Origin: the human T2T-CHM13v2.0 reference genome, Homo sapiens
NCBI RefSeq assembly: GCF_009914755.1
Contig: NC_060933.1
Reading direction: 5' to 3' (one strand)
DNA length: 64,000 bases
The notes beneath the pieces are model-generated. The model worked only from the letters and a program-made list of their open reading frames with translations, had not been told where the DNA came from and did not search any database. Positions within the stretch are counted from its first letter, which is position 1. Every line of letters starts with the position of its first letter. Below are positions 60,243 to 64,000 of this stretch, in pieces. The translations under genes were made by a program, and so were the position numbers.

Positions 60243-61465
60243 CTACTAAGTGTTCAAAAATTATGAATGAGCAAGTGAATGAATGTCTCACCATACCCTC
60301 ACTATAGTGGTTATAATAATTTATCAGATCTTTGACATTATATTGTTATTATTTTCCTTTTCATTGCCACTATTTCCCCTGAATCCAGGAGTCTCTTTCA
60401 TTTGAGCCTTTTTCATATTTTATTTGTAATTTATATTATGGTCTCTACTTCTACCATATTTTAAGATTGTTTTACACATCTTTAAGACTTTGTAGCACTT
60501 AAGTTAATGATTTGTACACAGTAGGTGTGCCAGGGATTAGGTAATTTATCTCTGGTATTAGGATGGATACACCCTGGCTTCTTGGAGAACTGAATAAGAT
60601 CTAAGCCAAATGGCAGCTATCTGACGCAATTCTGATCTGTGTCTGGTTACCCTTTACTGGATAGCAGTTGAGTGGCAAGTAAAAATGTGGGCCATGACAC
60701 CTTCTTTGGGTGAAAGAGAAAGAGCACTGATTTTATTTATTATTTGTAGGAGCTGGAGAAAATTACTTAACCTCTCCAAGACTTAGTTTCTTCATGAATA
60801 AAATGATGTCAATAATATCTTCTTCAAAGGATCACTTTGAAGATTAAATAGATAATATTATGTTATTAAGGCACTGTACAAATATTTTTAGTGTTTTACA
60901 TATTTCCAACAATAAATTTACCAAATTAATAAGTTAATAGACTTAGCAGGTAAATAATGCCACTGCCATGCAGACACTCCTGGATGGAGAAGAGTTACCA
61001 GCCAGGTTATTAGTTTGATTTCTGCTATAGTTAATGAGAATATTTAGGTATCATTGAATTTTCATAAAAAGATGCTCTCTACTAAATCCCTAATTTTTCA
61101 GAATTAAGTACAGATAGCCCTAAATTACCCAGGGCTTGTACACATAGAATTGCTGATCAGTATTAGAAATTGTTCTCTGGCAGAAATCAGGGAGTCATCC
61201 AAATGCTACCTTCTATTGAGGCTTTCTTTTCAGACACTTCCCTAAGTGAGTTTAAGCTTGTAAAGGCTAAGATATAAACAAGAGGATGTAAATTTATTGC
61301 AGTGCAAGAGTCTTAATCTAGATACAGGTGCTCTATTTAGATTTTAAGAATGTGATTGCTTTGATGGAACTTAACTTGAGAGAATTTGTTGTGTGTTTAT
61401 CCCCAGGTAGCCTGGGCCATGGACATGGGGGATTCTCCATGAGAGCCACAACCACACCCGATTAG

Positions 61466-62001
<536 letters not shown>

Positions 62002-62892
62002 TAGGGATGGCAGGAGGTGGTAATTCAGCATTGTTTGTTTTTTCCTCTTACCTATTGAGTGTGCATTTCCTGTGTAAGATCTCACTCACTCTGAAGAACT
62101 GTTCTTAGTTTCATTTTCAGAGCTAGGGTATTAGACTTTGAAGAATCAAAGCTATATAGAAACCTCACAAAGTCAGATAATTAAATATGTCTGTCTCCTT
62201 GGTGATCTTGGCCAGGATTTTCTGCAGTAAATATTGCCACTATATTCTCATGTGCAAGCAGAAAGGACCACTGAAACTATATGGCCTTACGATGAATAAC
62301 ATTGGAAAGCACCAGGGTATTTGCTTCATTTTGTCAACCTATCCAAATAGACACGTTCTCTTTATTGTGCCCTCTGCCATAAAGTCAGTCAGTACTTCGC
62401 AGGTGTCCCATGAACGTGTTAACAGAGAACTTCATGAGTGTGTCTGTTTTATACACAATATGCAAAGCTGAGAAACATGTTACTAATATAAAACTGAGGG
62501 AGTAAAAGAAAAACCATTCAATTGGGCTATTCTGCTTACTTATGACAAAAAGGAATTCATTTACACAGCTGGATATATAAAAATACCTGCATTCCCCATA
62601 TTTTTATTTTTGAGCAGGAGTCTATGGAAACCTATGTCCTGAAGTTCTGGTGTATTTTCTGGAATTATTGCAATTAATGATTTTCAACCTTCTGTTCCCT
62701 TTTTCTTTTACTCATTCTGTCTCTTTGAGTTCTGGGAAATTCAGGAACCATATATGCTTCATTTTTACTAAAGTTATACATGCACAGAGTTGAGAGTCAT
62801 CTATTCCCGCAAGATTTGGTGTAAAAATTACAAGCCTCAATGCCCCATTCCTCTTTCCACAGAGGCAACCAGAGGATTAGACTGGTTCTTTC

Positions 62893-63100
62893 TGGTAGTT
62901 GGTCTTTGAAGATGGCTTCCAAGGAACCGTAGCTCCCAGTGTTCATACTCTTGTGACATCTCCTCTCATGCAGAATCTGGGCTGGCCTGGTGGCTGGCTG
63001 TAGCCAATAGAATGCAGCAGGGTGACATGACGGCAGTTCCAGGCAGAAGCCTTAGCAAGGTCTGCCAGCTCTTGCTTTTGCCTCCTAAGCTCCTGGGGGC
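62893..63100 (+). mobile_element. MLT1(F/G/H)-like LTR fragment within old L1ME sequence
   Basis: GAATCTGGGCTGGCC...GCCAATAGAATGCAGCAG motif. Confidence 0.55.
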
Positions 63101-64000
63101 AGAACTATCACCTTGGGTCTCCCTTCTTCACGATCCAGGGAATTTCCAACTCCTCTGTTTTGTGTGGAAGCTCCTATTTCTTGTGTTTTGTGTTCTGTAT
63201 TTGTTTATTATTTTTTGGTTTCCTCTTTCATTTTGGTAGAGCACATCCTCCAGTAGTTTCTGAAGAAAAACATCTGCAGAAAGTGGTTTTTCCAGGCACC
63301 TAATGCCTGCCAATATCTTTATTTTACCATCACAAGTGATCAGTAGATTAGATATAGGCCTAGATTGAAAATACATGTCTTCAGAATTTTTAAGGCATTG
63401 CAAAGTTGTATAATAGCTTTCTGCATTGTTGTTTGGAAGTCCAAAGCATTCTAGCTCCTAGTTCTTTGCATGTGGCCCACTTTTTCTCTTTAGAAGCTCT
63501 CACTTTCTCTCTTTTCCCCTGTTCTCTTGCTCCTGTGTTCCTCTATATTATGATAGTATGACTTGGTATAGGATTATTTTCACTCAGTAGTTTCTTACAA
63601 CCTGAAAATGTATGTTCTGGAGTTCTGGGACATTTTCTGGAATTATTGCATTGTTTTTTTATCCACCATTCTCTCTTTTATTCTTCCTGTCTCTACTTTC
63701 TGGAAGAGTATTTCAATTTTATGTTTTAATTATTCCCTTAATTTTGTATTAATGCTATCCTATTTTTAATCCCCCAAAACTCTTTCTAGTTCTTAAAACA
63801 ATTGAGTGTTTTATAGGATGTTGTTCTTTTTTTAATGGTTAAAACATTTTCTTTGATTTCTCTGAGGCTATTAAAGACAGTATTGGTGAATTTCCTTCTC
63901 CCTACATAGCTCTGTTTGCTCCACACTGCATCTCGCTGTTTATCTCTCTCTCTCTCTTCTGTGTTAGAGGTCTTTCCTATGTGTTTGGCAATCCTTGGTT

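Overview
This is primate (most likely human) genomic DNA from inside TRPM3, a melastatin-family TRP cation channel gene on the minus strand. Eleven coding exons with canonical GT-AG boundaries lie between 138 and 37485. They splice in frame to TRPM3 protein, from the cytosolic N-terminal (MHR) region ([19 protein letters not shown]) to the first transmembrane helices ([12 protein letters not shown]...IEKMRE). In the commonly used mouse numbering (assigned from memory) these are exons 12-22. They include the exon-13 internal donor that deletes the 18-aa ICF segment, the 12-aa cassette exon 15 and the 10-aa G-beta-gamma-binding cassette exon 17. Everything above 37.5 kb is one large intron filled with antisense L1s, a 5'-deleted MER4 provirus, L2 and Alus. 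I see no new gene or wholly new biological system. The best leads are: (i) a 233-bp TSD-flanked retroposed 3'-end fragment carrying a sense poly(A) signal; (ii) splicing-control architecture (RBFOX-type motif over the delta-ICF donor, doubled branch point at exon 17, a candidate poison exon, a re-splicing site, inverted Alus); (iii) strong CTCF motifs, one next to a G-quadruplex tract; (iv) a helically phased CACCTG/CAG-GT array; (v) several nested-insertion and deletion scars. Repeat family names come from recognising consensus sequences by eye, not from a RepeatMasker run.
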